Shown: positions 24,154 to 36,666 of the stretch, in pieces
Layout: each line of letters opens with the position of its first letter
How positions within the stretch are numbered: position 1 is the stretch's first letter
Origin: Takakia lepidozioides
Taxonomy: Eukaryota > Plantae > Bryophyta
DNA: 64,000 nucleotides
Direction: 5' to 3'
Assembly: GCA_030704615.1 (NCBI GenBank)
Contig: CM060732.1
Span: 18,352,001 to 18,416,000, forward strand
Translations under genes and position numbers: made by a program
The notes under the pieces: generated by a model
Seen by the model: the letters and a program-made list of their open reading frames with translations, nothing else
What the model was told of the DNA's origin: nothing
The model's database searches: none

Positions 24154-25734
24154 GTGCCACTAGTTGCTGGGGAAAGTGCCGGTACAAGCTCTAGCGATAC
24201 TAGCGGGTATACGAGACGAGGTGTGTGGTTTAGGCCACCTTCACCTCCTGTGTCTTCTACGGAAGGTTCTGATTCGGATTGTGAATCAGGAGGACTCACA
24301 CCGGTGGTGCAAGTTGTTTTCTTGCCATTATTGTGGGTCACAATGGAGGAGATGTATGAAGCCACCAAGGGGCCACGTAAGTACTCTGGGGCGGTGGGTA
24401 CCATCGAGTTGGATGATTTTATCCAAGAGTTTGATAGTTGGTGTGACTTGCAGCAAATGCGCAATCCACAACTGTTTACGCCTTTCATGGCATGGAAGGG
24501 GCTATTTCAGCACCTTGAGGGGCCGCCCATGGATGATTACCATGAGTTTAGGCGGGGGCACGATGTTTTGATCGAGGAGTGGAGGATGTACTGGTCACCC
24601 GACTATGTCTCCATCACTAGAGGCATTAGAGGCACTAGAGGCACAAGGGCAGCAGCCACACTGGCAGCTGCACCAGCAGTAGCAGCTACAACAACAGCTT
24701 CCACAAGCACTAGTGGGACTAGTGGTATAGCAACTATGACATCCACCCAAGCTACTGCTGCACCAGCACCAGTGGCGGTGCCTGCCTTCAACCCTGTTGT
24801 GGAGTTCTTTGAAGAGTTGAGAAGGAACTACCAAGGGAGGAGGACAGAGAAGTTGAGGAGCTTGCAAGAGTTCCAATGGAAGCCTATTGAGAGCTTGAGG
24901 GAGGCTTTCACTCGCATGAGGCGCTTGATAAATGTAACCCAAGGGGTTACGGAGGCTTAGGCAGTCCAATTCTGGTATGGCATATTGGACAAAGAGCTGA
25001 GGAGAAGGGCGCGGGATGCAACTCTCCTACAAGCGGCCCAACCCACCTTAGCAAATGTGTTTTTGCTGGCAGAGCGGATAGAGCTCAACATGGTGGAGGA
25101 ACGAGTGGTTATGGTGGGATTTGCTAAGGAGACACCACGCTCAACGTGCTCAAGGTAGCAAGGGGGCTCAGGTGAAGCCCAGGGAAGGGCAGAGAGGACC
25201 TCAGATTTAGGGGTCTCTCCCTTCATTTGCAAGCCAACAGGAGGATCCCATGTCAAGAAGGATTGCCCAGAGGGAGGCAATGGTTTGGCACCGGCACAGC
25301 CTCCACAGTTGCAGTGTGGGCATTGTGGCAAGTACGGGCATGGAGAGGCCCAGTGCTATGGTTTGCATCCTGAGTTGCACCCAGGCCAGTTCCAAGGGAA
25401 CAATGGTGGCCGGGGGCGAGGTGGAGCAGCCCAAAGAGGACGAGGTGCAGGCCAAGGGCAAGCTCAACATGGCCAAGGACGCGGAGGTCAGGGTGGTGAC
25501 CAAGGCATGGCCAACCGGCTTCAGCAGCTAGAGCAGAGGCTCGCTGCCATGGCCACAGCTCAGATGGTACCGGCTCCAAGGCCGGATGGTCCACCTCTTG
25601 CTCCTGAGGGAGGGGACATGGGAGGCATGGGATTCATGTGCGGGGCAGCACTACCACTAGTGAGGGGTGCCACTACCACTACCACTGTAGGTGGGGCACC
25701 ACTACCACTAAGTGTGGGACAGGACTACAACTAA
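24154..25734 (+). pseudogene. gag: Gag with CCHC zinc knuckle (copy 1)
   Basis: KYSG...LDDFIQEFDSWC, ESLREAFTRMRRL, CGHCGKYGHGEAQC and an RGG-rich tail; premature TAG at 24958 and frameshifts. Confidence 0.85.
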
Positions 25735-26032
25735 TGCAAGTGGAGTCAGCTGCGGCAGTGACTCGAGGAGCAGCACGAGTTCCTGAGCCACGGGGTGCGG
25801 AGGTGGAGTTGGATCCACAGCGTGGGGAGGCAAGCCGTCAGGCCAGGCTTCCTCAGTCATTCACATTGGCGGAGACAGTGTCGACGCCGTCCATGGCACC
25901 TAGTTCTTGCCTGACTGTTACCGAGGCGGAGGTTATTATGCCATTGGGGAGAGCTACACGGGCAGCACCACTACCTAGTGTTGCCAAGGCTACGGCAGCT
26001 AGTGTGCTGCTGGGGGCGGCCACATCTGTGTG

Positions 26033-26330
26033 CCAGGCGCCTTTGGCAGTGGTCAACAAGGTGGGTCAACCACGAGCAGCACTACCTACACTGCTCAGTT
26101 TCCCAGGATCACATGCTTTCCGGGATAGTGGACCTGGCCTCCTGTGGGATGCTAAGTTGCAGCAGTTAGTGGAGCCTAATATCGACGAGCAAGAGCGGGC
26201 TATGGGTTTTTCCACTGGGACCACGGCGGTGCCTTCTCTTTCTGAGGCATCACGTCGTCAGGTGTTGGGGCAAGCAATGGATCTCAATTGCTTGACCTAG
26301 ATTATCAGCTTGGCTATGGCTGAGCAACGT
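26033..26330 (+). pseudogene. C-terminal part (motifs IX-X) of a DNMT3/DRM-like C5 cytosine methyltransferase (copy 1)
   Basis: EPNIDEQERAMGFSTGTT...SEASRRQVLGQAMDLNCL resembles DNMT3 EMERVFGFP.HYT...SRLARQRLLGRSW. Same reading frame as the RT at 26772. Confidence 0.85.
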
Positions 26331-26771
26331 AGAGTGCGGAGTGCACTTCCCTTGACGGTCTCTCTGCCTACTGAGACAATACAGGCAATGAGTGGGGGCG
26401 AGCCGGTGAGGACCACGGGGTGTAGACATCCATGGCACACGTGGGAGGTGCTCGAGGTTCAGAGGGAGTTGGCAGCCAAGGCAGCTGTGATGGATGAGGT
26501 TGGGGACTCTTCTCGGGTTGAGGAGGTCCTCAAGGATGAGATGATGGGGCAGGATGAGGCCTTGTCATTGACTGAGCAGGCAGAGAGTACTGCTCAAGAG
26601 GTTGCGGCATAGCAACCACGGGACGCGTCCTCTACCTCTAAGTCTGCTGGACTTAAGGTTGCAGTTACGGAGGACAATTGGGAGCCTGACATTGGACCCA
26701 TTGTCACTGGAGGAGAGAGACGACGTATACGGCGGTTCCTGAGGGCTTACAGGAATTGCTTTGCCTTCAGT

Positions 26772-27748
26772 ATGAAGGATTTGGGAGCACTGAAGGGTCA
26801 GGAGATTCGTATTGAGTTGGCCACGGACACGCCAATCTTTTGGAGACCCTATAGATACAGTGACATGGAGAGGTCTTTGATTCAGATGAGGACTCAAGAT
26901 CTCTGGGAGGCTGGTTTGGTGGAGCTCTTTGGAGGAGAGTATGCCTCAGCCACGGTGATGCCAGCCAAGAAGGATGTCTATGGCAATTGGACGGAGAGAC
27001 GTATGTGCGGTGACTACCGGCCTGTAAATCATCAGACCAAGTCCGATAAGTATGCCATGCCCACACCGGAGGAGATCTTTGATGCCATCGGGCATGCCAA
27101 GGTCTTTAGCACTTTGGACTTGCGGTCCGGATATCACTAGTTCCCGATCAAGGAGGCGGACAAGCAGAAGACGACATTCTGGGGGATCAATGAGCACGGG
27201 AAGGATTGCCTATATCAGTGGCGGTTCTTACCATTCGGGCTTAAGAACGCTCCTGCAAAGTTCCAGAGAGTCATGGACAGGATTCTAGCAGGGGTAGATT
27301 TTTCTCGGTGCTACATAGATGACATCATCATCTTTAGTGCTACGGTGGAGGAGCACGAGAGACACCTTCAGGTGGTGTTTGAGCGCTTGAGAGCGCACGG
27401 ATTGAAATTACATCCGGGGAAGTGCAAATTCTTCCACAACCAGATTAAGTATCTGGGCCACATGATATATCCTGGAGGATTGGGGGTGCAGCAGACTAAG
27501 GTAGAGGCCATTGCACAGATTCCACGCCCCACGGATGTGAGCCGAGTTCGAACTTTTTATGGGGTTGGCAAACTACTATAGACGGTTTGTCAAGGGATTT
27601 AGTGCTATTGCAAAGGCTCTAACCAAGCTGACCAAAGTAGACCAGGAGTGGCAGTGGGAAGATGAGCAAGAGCGAGCTTTTCAAAAGCTCAAGGCGAGGT
27701 TAACCTCGGCGCCCATCTTGAGACGACCTATCAGGGGGCGTCCATTTT
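26772..27748 (+). pseudogene. pol: Gypsy reverse transcriptase (copy 1); RNase H deleted
   Basis: RMCGDYR, LDLRSGYH, PFGLKNAP, YIDDIII, YLGH. The sequence jumps from GRPF to the integrase zinc-binding region. Confidence 0.95.
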
Positions 27749-27799
27749 CAAGTGGGAGGGGATACACCTGCTTCGAGTGTGGGAAGATGGTCACCCATC

Positions 27800-28998
27800 A
27801 CAGCGTGCACGATTAGTGCGGCATGCCCATGAGGAGTTGGGGCATTTTGGAGTGCGACGCACTCATAGTTTACTGCAGGGGCAATATTGGTGGCGTGGTA
27901 TGCACACAGAGGTGTAACAGTTCGTGGCTAGGAACATGGTGTGTGATAGGGTGCATGCTTCATTCAACACCCCTACACCACAGTTGCATCCATTACCCAT
28001 CATGGGATTGGGCTACAGGTGGAGTCTTGACTTTGCAGGGCCTTTGCCACTGACGATGCGTCACCACAGAGATGTGTTGGTGATGGTGAAGCACTTCTCC
28101 AAGTGGATTGAGTTGGTTCCATTGCCTGACAAGGCTTGTGAGGGGGCTGCGTATGCATTCTTGGATCGTGTGCTTAGCCGATTCGGTGCTCCAGCTGAGG
28201 TACTCACGGACCAAGGGAGAGAGTTCTTGGGGGAGTTTCAGGCTTTGTGTGATAAAGCCTTGATAGACCACCGTACCACTTCTCGGGATCATCCTGAGGC
28301 TGATGGCTTGGCAGAGAGAGTGGTTCAGACAGTGAAGAGGGGTTTGCACAAGTATGGCTTGTAAAAGGGACACCTAGGAGATTGGGATCTTCAGGTACCT
28401 TGGTAGCCATGGGCTACAGGTTTAGCAAGCAAGCATCATTTGCCTCCTTCTCACCATATTTCCTTCTCTTTGGCCGAGAGCCGGATTTGCCTGCATCTAT
28501 TTGCAGGGAGGCTGCAGTAGTCCTCAACCTTGATGATCCGGATGTGTGGACACAAGCATGAGCCCAGCGGGCAGAGTTGTTCACTATACGTGGAGGGGGA
28601 TATCGGCCAGGTGTTCGGCGTTTCCACCCTGGGGACTATTGTATGTGTAGCAGACAGCGCCTACGACCTTGGATGTCACCGCATGACGTGTGATTCTAAG
28701 GGTCTGGGAGGTGTTGTCTTCAGGAGTGTTGATTCTGGAGGGTCGAGATGGCATGGTATGGAAGGACCATGTGCGTAATTGTGCGCCCTGTCACCTTCCA
28801 CATGTGGATGGGAGGATAGATCCCAACCTTGCAGTGGTATCTGCAGGGTTGCGTTGCATGCTATGTGGACATGCTCGTGGTGCCGCCACTATGCTGGTGT
28901 ATGATCGATGCTCAAGAGGTTGGCACATGGGATGCTTGACACCACCTCTTGAGAGGGTTCCTGATGGAGATTGGTTATGTCCACACTGCTTGGGATAG
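27800..28998 (+). pseudogene. Gypsy integrase with C-terminal PHD finger
   Basis: HEELGHFG...YWW, LDFAGP, TDQGREF, GLAER. PHD sequence CMLC...VYDRCSRGWHMGCLTPPLERVPDGDWLCPHC at 28855-28989. Confidence 0.92.
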
Positions 28999-29265
28999 TG
29001 GCAGTGGATATGACTAGTGGCAGCTAACAAGACATGGGAGGCCAAGCTCATATGAGTCAATACCCGAGATCTCAGGCTCAAGTTCACAGGTTGCAAGATG
29101 GCGACTAACGATGGGGCAACTCTTGTACTCGGCCTCTTGATCCATCGAGTTTGAGTATAGTAGGAACAGTGGTGGAGGACTTAGTGAGGCTATGACCACT
29201 ATCACATCTTATGGCTAGCTGGACTTAGAGGGACCTAAGCGCCAGCTAGGGGGGCGATTGTGATG

Positions 29266-29495
29266 GACTAGTGGCAGCCTAGTGGTTGGACTAGTAGCTA
29301 CACTAGTGGTGGCTAGTGGCAGCCTAGTGGTGGACTAGTGGCTGCACTAGTGGCGGCTAGTGGCAGCCTAGTGGTTGGACTAGTGGCTGCACTAGTGGTG
29401 GCTAGTGGCAGCCTAGTGGTGCACTAGTGGCTGCACTAGTGGTGACTAGCGGTTGTCTAGTGGCAGCCTAGTGGTGCACTAGTGGTAGACTAGTG
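29266..29495. repeat. CTAGTGG-based tandem repeat (~45-bp unit, about 5 copies) at the LTR start
   Basis: Unit CTAGTGGCAGCCTAGTGGT(T)GGACTAGTGGCTGCACTAGTGGYGG starting at ~29267, 29312, 29357 and 29402. Confidence 0.9.
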
Positions 29496-30587
29496 ATAGA
29501 TTAGTGTTTGGTGTGCACATGTGTTGTGTGGTTTTGGACAGCGATGTAGTTGTGTAGTGATATGTATGCGCACGACATCCCATCTGAAAAGCAAGAAGCG
29601 TGTGTACCGTGGAGGCCGAGTCGAACTCAGACGAGTTATCCCAAAAAGCTCCAAAGTGTACTGTAGTCTCGCTTGAGAGCTGAAATTGAAAGGGCTGCTC
29701 AGCGAAGATATTACCAACGAGCTTGAGGGAGAGCTCCACTTCTTTGACGGTAGAGTAGTAAGTGGCATGGTGGGTGACAACTTTTTATTTTTTTCATTTT
29801 GGCAAGGGCGCTCCAGTCGCGATATATTTTGGGGGGTGAATACAGAGGTGGCGTCACGTCTTATGTCCACCTGGCTACACATATAACAAATATTGTGCAA
29901 TATGGCGAATTTTTCATAACTAAAGAATATTATGCAGGCGACACATGTCAAATTGAGGCAGAAATAGTGGGCGAAATTCCCCTTTGTATTGTGGCAAACT
30001 GGCTACCATGAAGAACCCAAGGTAGCACTTTGGGCACCATTGCCCAAATTCATAGAGCAAAATGGCACCACTCATTCAAATGGAAAAAAATAGTCTCAGG
30101 CACCATAGCCTAATTTCAGACTGAGGCCCATGCATATCAGCAGCCCCCCCACATTCAAGCGCCGCCACCCCTCCTCCACAACAACAAAGCAGCATATCAA
30201 CGGCCCCCCTACATTCAAGCAGCGTTGAAGGCCCGCTCCAAAGTTTTGTACAGTTGACCTTAGATAAATGTTATCTACTTTTTTGTTATGTTATCCTTAA
30301 TGTTATGAAATCTTGGCTCTGTAAAACATAATAGTTTGTTGGTTTTGAAAAAATAATAGTTTTGAAAATAGATATGATAAATGGTCCTAATAATGCTCAC
30401 TTTCAGCATGCACCTGTCACATTTTGCTTAACCTAATGGAATTTCAGTTTTTCTTTTACATGGGTCCTTTTTTTTTTACAGTTGGCAACCCATACATATT
30501 TTTCATTATGTGAAATCTATAAAATTGAGAATAACCCATTAGGTTTTCATGCAATGGTATCCGATCTCTAGAAACATAGAAAAATCC

Positions 30588-30635
30588 CTAATATTGCGCA
30601 CTTGATTGCGCGCGCAATCAAATGCGCAATATTAG
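30588..30635. repeat. 48-bp palindrome (1 mismatch, no loop) in the pogo subterminal region
   Basis: CTAATATTGCGCACTTGATTGCGC|GCGCAATCAAATGCGCAATATTAG; a half-site recurs at 51920-51945. Confidence 0.9.
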
Positions 30636-32859
30636 TACCAAACACATTTTCTTTTCTTCAGTTTATGATCATTGATCCCGGAGTGAGATACATTGCTACA
30701 GCCAACAATGTATGAAATCTAAAATTGCAATTGCAAATCACAACTAAAATTGCAGGACAGCCAATGGCTGCACTCTCACTGTAGCTGACAGGAGAAACAA
30801 GGGAGCACCGCAGATACAACCTATCTCGCTATGCCTTAAATCTTATTTTTGGAAAGAAGTTGAAAGTGTAAGCAGATCCCCAGAATATCCAGTTCATGTT
30901 GTCTGTCCAGCTTCACAGCTCAGGTTTGGAGACATAATCAAACCCCCTCAAAATCCACTTTTTGGAACAAAGGCTGTTCTTTACACAATGACTTCATTTG
31001 CAATGTGAGGACTCTCATATAGCTTTATTTTTGTGCATGAAACGGCTTACACAAAAACAACAAGGAAGGTGAGAATAATCAATAAGAGAACCAGAAAGAC
31101 AATCATCATCACGTCCCGTCCATCCAACCTTCTTCATCATGATAGCCAACCTTTTCTGCACACCAACCCGCAAAGACATTCCCATTTCCCTGTTACCTCA
31201 AGACGAGTCACAATGCTTAATGCATAACATGTATGCAAAGTAGTCTTTCAAAGAAATCTTTCTCTGACACACACCGTCGTGTACACAAACGAAATGCTCA
31301 CTCACTAGGCAAACTGAGCTCTTTGATTGTCTTGGATAGGAAGGGAGCTGTGACAGATGACCTACCTGAACAAACTCAAGCCTGGTAGATGTGATGTTCA
31401 TGTCATGAGCCAAGTCATCAATAATTCTCTCCTGCCAACACCATCCCACACAGATTGGTCCACCTATTGCTTTTGCCTCATCCAAGTTGTGAATGACATG
31501 CCATGACCGATAGTTTTGACCATCAGAAAAAAAAATTCTTTATACCACTCATGGGACCCCCAACGAGCTTACGGCACAGTAGTGTGGAACACATAACCAA
31601 CCAAAGGAAAACAACCTTCTATCCCCTTAACAACAGAGACGAACGAGCTAAGGGAGGGGGGGAGTCTGTGAGTGGATCACAAGTAGGTCCAATCAGCTCC
31701 CATTTCACAAACAAGAGAGACAACCATGACCATATCACATGGAGACAACATCCTACTCTGCTGGTCAGGGGAGAGGACGGATGGGAAAAAGAGAGAGACC
31801 CATAACTACGTGAGTTTGAGAGTCCAATGTGTTATGATTGTTTACTAGGCTGGCAACCCAATCAAACAACCGAGTAGGCAATGGTGAGAAAGCACCTGTC
31901 CAGACAACTCCTCGTGAATGGTGAGTCCAACACACACCAAGCGCTCCACGCTAGCACTCAGCTCATCCAGATCCTCATCTTGTTCCCTGATATTTATTCG
32001 CTCAGATACCAAAACACACCCTTACGGGGAAGGAGAGTTTGCCTTAGTGCCTATGCTGCAAGCTTCAACACAGAAGATCTCATTCCCACAAAAAAAACTT
32101 AGGTTTCAGGAGCAGAAATTGTTGTCGGAAGAAACTCAGTAAATCCTCGAAAAATCAATGGACTGTGCAAATTATATCTGAAGAGCAGGCAGTCGACAGT
32201 TTGCCTTAAGATGGAAATGGGTGAGCATGAATTGGGTCAAGAGGTGAGTGTCAGACAAAGATACAAACACAAGCACAAGATATACATAGTCATGAAAGCA
32301 AAACCATCACATCATGTCTCTATAAGATAAGTCTTCTATCCTCATGTACAACAGTGCCATCCGTTTCTCCAGACCACGTGTTCAAACCACCTTGTCTAGT
32401 TCAGCACTTCTCTATAGCTTGCTTACTAGTTCCAAGTTGAGTTTTTAGCTAGAGCTTGCTGCAATGAGCTGGATTTGGATCCTCTTCCGCCTCAAGGGGC
32501 CACGGGATGAAGTGTATCAAATCTGCAGCCAGGGCGAGTGTGTAAACAACCAACTCACCTAATTATAAGTGCCTGTCGATCAAATTCATTGGCAAGAAAA
32601 CTATCATGCACAGTTTGAGTGGTCTTTGATTCAGAGAGGTCGGCTCACCACCTGCAATCGGTGGGTGTTCAGAGAGGCGGGCTCACCACCTGCAACATAC
32701 CTGTGCCACCACCTGCCACATATCAGGCCCAACCTTAGAACATGTGGAATATCTTTCAAGCATATATTTATATACTGTAACCCTAAAAAGAGCCTTAAGT
32801 GAAGCTAACACATTTCTGAGGTATGTGGTGTTCAATAACACCATTGTAACATAAACTCC

Positions 32860-34024
32860 TTAGGTACCCAAAGGCAACAAAGGTGGAGGTAAACCTTGTT
32901 CCACCGATTCCTTCACTGCTTGCCTATATCTTCTGTTGATGGAGTCTTCGTCACAGTCACTGTCTTGAGGAGCACTTACCTTCTTACCTTTGCGTCGAGT
33001 CCGCCCAGACGATGAAGCAGCTTTGCTCTTCCGTGCTACTTCTTTCTCCGCCCTTACCCTCTCACGAATTGCTTTGGCAATCTCTTTTTGTTGCTGCAGT
33101 TCTTCTTGCCTTTTAAGACATTCAGCTTGCTTTTGTTCTTTGTCTTTGGCCCTCTGGAGGCGGCCAACTTCCAATTTCTCAAGCCTTTTTTTCTTCCTTT
33201 CCTCTATATCAAGTTTGCGTTGTTGGCCAGCTAAGACCTTTGCTTCCTTCTGCAACCGTTGCTCTCTCAAATACTCCTCATACTCCGGGCCAGTGATGCA
33301 CGCTTGCGATGCAATAGTCTGCCCTCGATCTTCTATAATACGAGGTGGCGGGAGGCTTGGTAATGTAAGAAGATCCACAAGGGTTGGCCTAGGCTCATCA
33401 ATGCTAAGTTGTGGACACACGTTGTGATAACTCTTCTTCTTCACTAAAGACCATCATGTCCAAGAGAGACTCTGGTGGATTTTCAATGTTGTCATTGAGA
33501 GGGCTCTCATGGGTTGATTCTTCGTCAGACCCTGAGTCTTCATGATGCCCTGAACTTGAGGTTGAACCCCTGTCAAGGTCATTGGAGTCAAATATTGTAC
33601 TTGGGCCCATATGAGAGTCAAGAGCATGTGGATCTAATGGAAATATCCCTGTTTTGCCGAACCCTGCTTTAACGTTCTCCACAGTGCAAGCTGCCTCTAG
33701 GGCCTGAGATGCCAAAGTTGCCAATGCCACTTTATTGCCATTGCCATTCAACCACTTTGGGTTCGCTGCAATCATCTCTTCCCGCAGCTGGCCGAACCTC
33801 AGCTTGAATGCTCGGAAGACTGCCACATCCAATGGTTGAAGCCTATGTGAAGTGTGAGGGGGTAGTAGGGCCACTTGTAAACCCATATCTCGCGCAATTT
33901 TCACAGCCTCTTCTGTGAGATGGCTTCCATGGCCATCCAACAGGAGAAAATGTGGGTTGTCAGGACTTACTCCTCCAGGCACGGACTGCTGAAAGTGCTT
34001 TAACCACTCAATGAACAGGTCATT
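32860..34024 (-). pseudogene. pogo transposase, C-terminal half
   Basis: NNDLFIEWLKHF, LLLDGHGSH, LPPHTSHRLQPLDVAVFRAFK, GFGKTGIFP, then a K/E/R-rich coiled tail after a frameshift. Confidence 0.92.
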
Positions 34025-36666
34025 ATTCGGGTAGAAGCATGGTACGGGCCATCCAAAAGCGGCAACTTGCAGTCCATAAAAAATGGACATATGAAGTGGA
34101 AACGCAGCACGCGGGAACGAAGTCGGAAAAAGTTGAATTTATTGTAGCCGTTGATTGTTTTTGTACATCAAGTTATTACCGTCGATTGGAGGTCGCCTTC
34201 ATCGGGGGGTGGCTGGAAGATGGCTGGTCGCGTTGGGCTAGACTGAAGTGCGGGGACGACGAGCTGCCATGTATGACGCGCGATGCACAACTAGAAGCTA
34301 GCCAGGACGTACGAGTTGATTGGGATTGGGAATGTGAAGAGATTGGGAATGTTTGATCACAAAAGTTTGCTTACCATTTTGTAAGATTTTTAGGGTTTAG
34401 CTTGTGATTGTTTCATCAACTCTACGCATGCGTGAAGTTCATTTTCATTTCTGTGTTTCTATGGGCGCGCTTGGGTGGTGGTAGCAGAGGAAGCGGGCGA
34501 TGCGAGCAGAGCTATAAAGTGCAACATTGTGTGTTGCTGCCATAGCACAGAGGCACGAGGGTAGAGGAGTAGAGGAGGAGCTTGGGCGGGGGTGCTCGGG
34601 TGTGCCATCGCTAGAAAAGCACTTGATTGTTGCCTGACTCTACCCTTGGTAAGTTTCATTCAAGTTCGTGGCCAGTCGATTTGGTGTGCGGCATATCTGG
34701 AATTAGGTTCTTGCAAGCATGAATGTTTCTGTCGTAGCGCCTGGAAAGAGATGGCAGATTGCCATCCAAATGATGATCATGACTAGTAACTTTCCACTTG
34801 AACTCTACAAATACGAGCCACCGCTGCGATCTTTCACGCCTGATTCTATACTTTGCATTGTGCATTTGAACACAGGTGGTTAATTGCCTTTCTTGAATCT
34901 TGACAGTGATGTCTGTTTTGTTTATCATTCTCTATGGTGTGTTCCTTGTTGGGTTGGTATTCTCCCATTTTTTCCCTGCCCAGAGAAAGATATACTTACG
35001 TCTTGTTAGTGAGTCTAGTTGAGCTAATTTTTGGAGCTACCTGCTAGCAATTCATGTTGTAAAACCCTAAAAATTTAGGCTACACAGTCATTCATACATG
35101 ACAGTTTGTATGTGACCATTACGGTGAGGGTACCTGCACGATGATTGATCACAAAAGTCTGCTTACTATTACCTTTGTGAGGGGCTCACTCCAGTAGTTG
35201 GAGCTACCTTGATATAAACAATTGGTTGCATCAATCTGCTGTGTCTGAGAGCTACCTAGCAATTAGACCCCAACAGGGCCAGGGCCTTAGGCTCAGAATC
35301 GATACTTTGAAAGTTAGTGAACAGAGGTGCAAGCACTATACGGTCCTGAAGAGGGTGGCTCTCTGATGAGAATACCCGGGACACTGTTTTAGAAAATGGG
35401 TATTGCCTTCAGCGCCCACACATCGAGCATTGACAATCTCCCTTCCTGTCTGCATGTTATTTGTTCAAGAATTGACCCCCTGCCCTGGGGTTAAATTGTA
35501 GTTTAATGCTGAGGATAGGTAGGCCTTTCAGCCTAAGGTTCACCCATGTCACAAACTGGAAACAAGTTCAGGGATGTTATTCCTAACTTATTTTTGTTCA
35601 AGCATTATTTCATGCTTCAGACGTGGCCTTTAGACACTTCAGCCTCCAAGTGAGCTTCATCCAGCAGGGTCAGTTCTTCCTGCCCAAACTTCAGGTACTT
35701 GAAACATCTCCTCTACATTTTTTTTGCCATGACTTCAAACTGTTTAACAGGACGGTCTTGCTTCCAAGAAATAGAGTTTGTCATCTTAGGGTATCTGGTA
35801 TTAGGCACTGAGCCCACCATCCCTTGAACTAACTCATGACTTTGAGAGCTCGAGGGTGGTGCGCCAAACTCGCCTTGAACAGCCGCATTAGCTATTGTAG
35901 AGCACGCTGACATGCTCTCTTTGAGCACCGAAAGCTGAATGGATTTTAAAGTTTTAGGCATGGTTGGAGTTGCTCTCCCACACGGCAATGCCTACTCCAA
36001 GGTAGGCCAACATGGTCGTTGTAACTTCAGTATTAATCCGTCTGCAGTGGAAACATTTGAGTGAGAATATCCAAAGTTTGTGTTTAGTGTTTGTTTGTGT
36101 TTGTGTGTGTTCATCACAGTTACAACTGGAGGAGAACTCCACAGCAAGATATGTGCTCGAAGGGAGCACACAATTGTGGCATTTAATGATCGTGGGGAGG
36201 GATGAGGGGATCTGGCCTAATCTAGCCTACCATGTAGACTTGTGAACTGTTGTCGCTGGCTGGTTTCAAGTGAGACTGCATGCCCTTTTTTGTCAAGTTG
36301 CATTTGTATATGGCTTGTACAAATGTGGTCGTTGTTATAAAAGGGACGATATCAGCGAGGCAGGGAAGAGTAGCAGATGTAGCATAGGTAGCTGAATGTA
36401 AAGTTTGTCACACTGGTAGTGGGTACCAAGTCCAGTCTATTCAAACAGGTGAACAGACCCCTGAGTTTGTGTCACTTATCTTTGTTGTTATGACTTCAAA
36501 ACTACTCTCCAACGAGCTACCCTTTTTGTGTTATAGTGAGGGGGGGCAAGTGGATCCCATTTTTGGAGACCTGGACAGTAACCTATTTTCTAGTGTGCAG
36601 AAGAAGGGCCCAACAGTGTGACTGTTGATTGCCAAGGAATTTTGAGTGTCTGTGTTGAAAATGTTT

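Larger units (their letters stand above)
23430..29500 (+). mobile_element. Ty3/Gypsy LTR retrotransposon, DNMT- and PHD-bearing family, copy 1 (decayed, internally deleted)
   Basis: Gag, CCHC knuckle, DNMT C-terminus, RT, integrase, PHD, PPT (AGGGGGGCGAT 29248-29258) and LTR start TG at 29259. Homologous to copy 2 from about 23577 (copy 2 about 59912). Outer boundaries are approximate. Confidence 0.92.
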
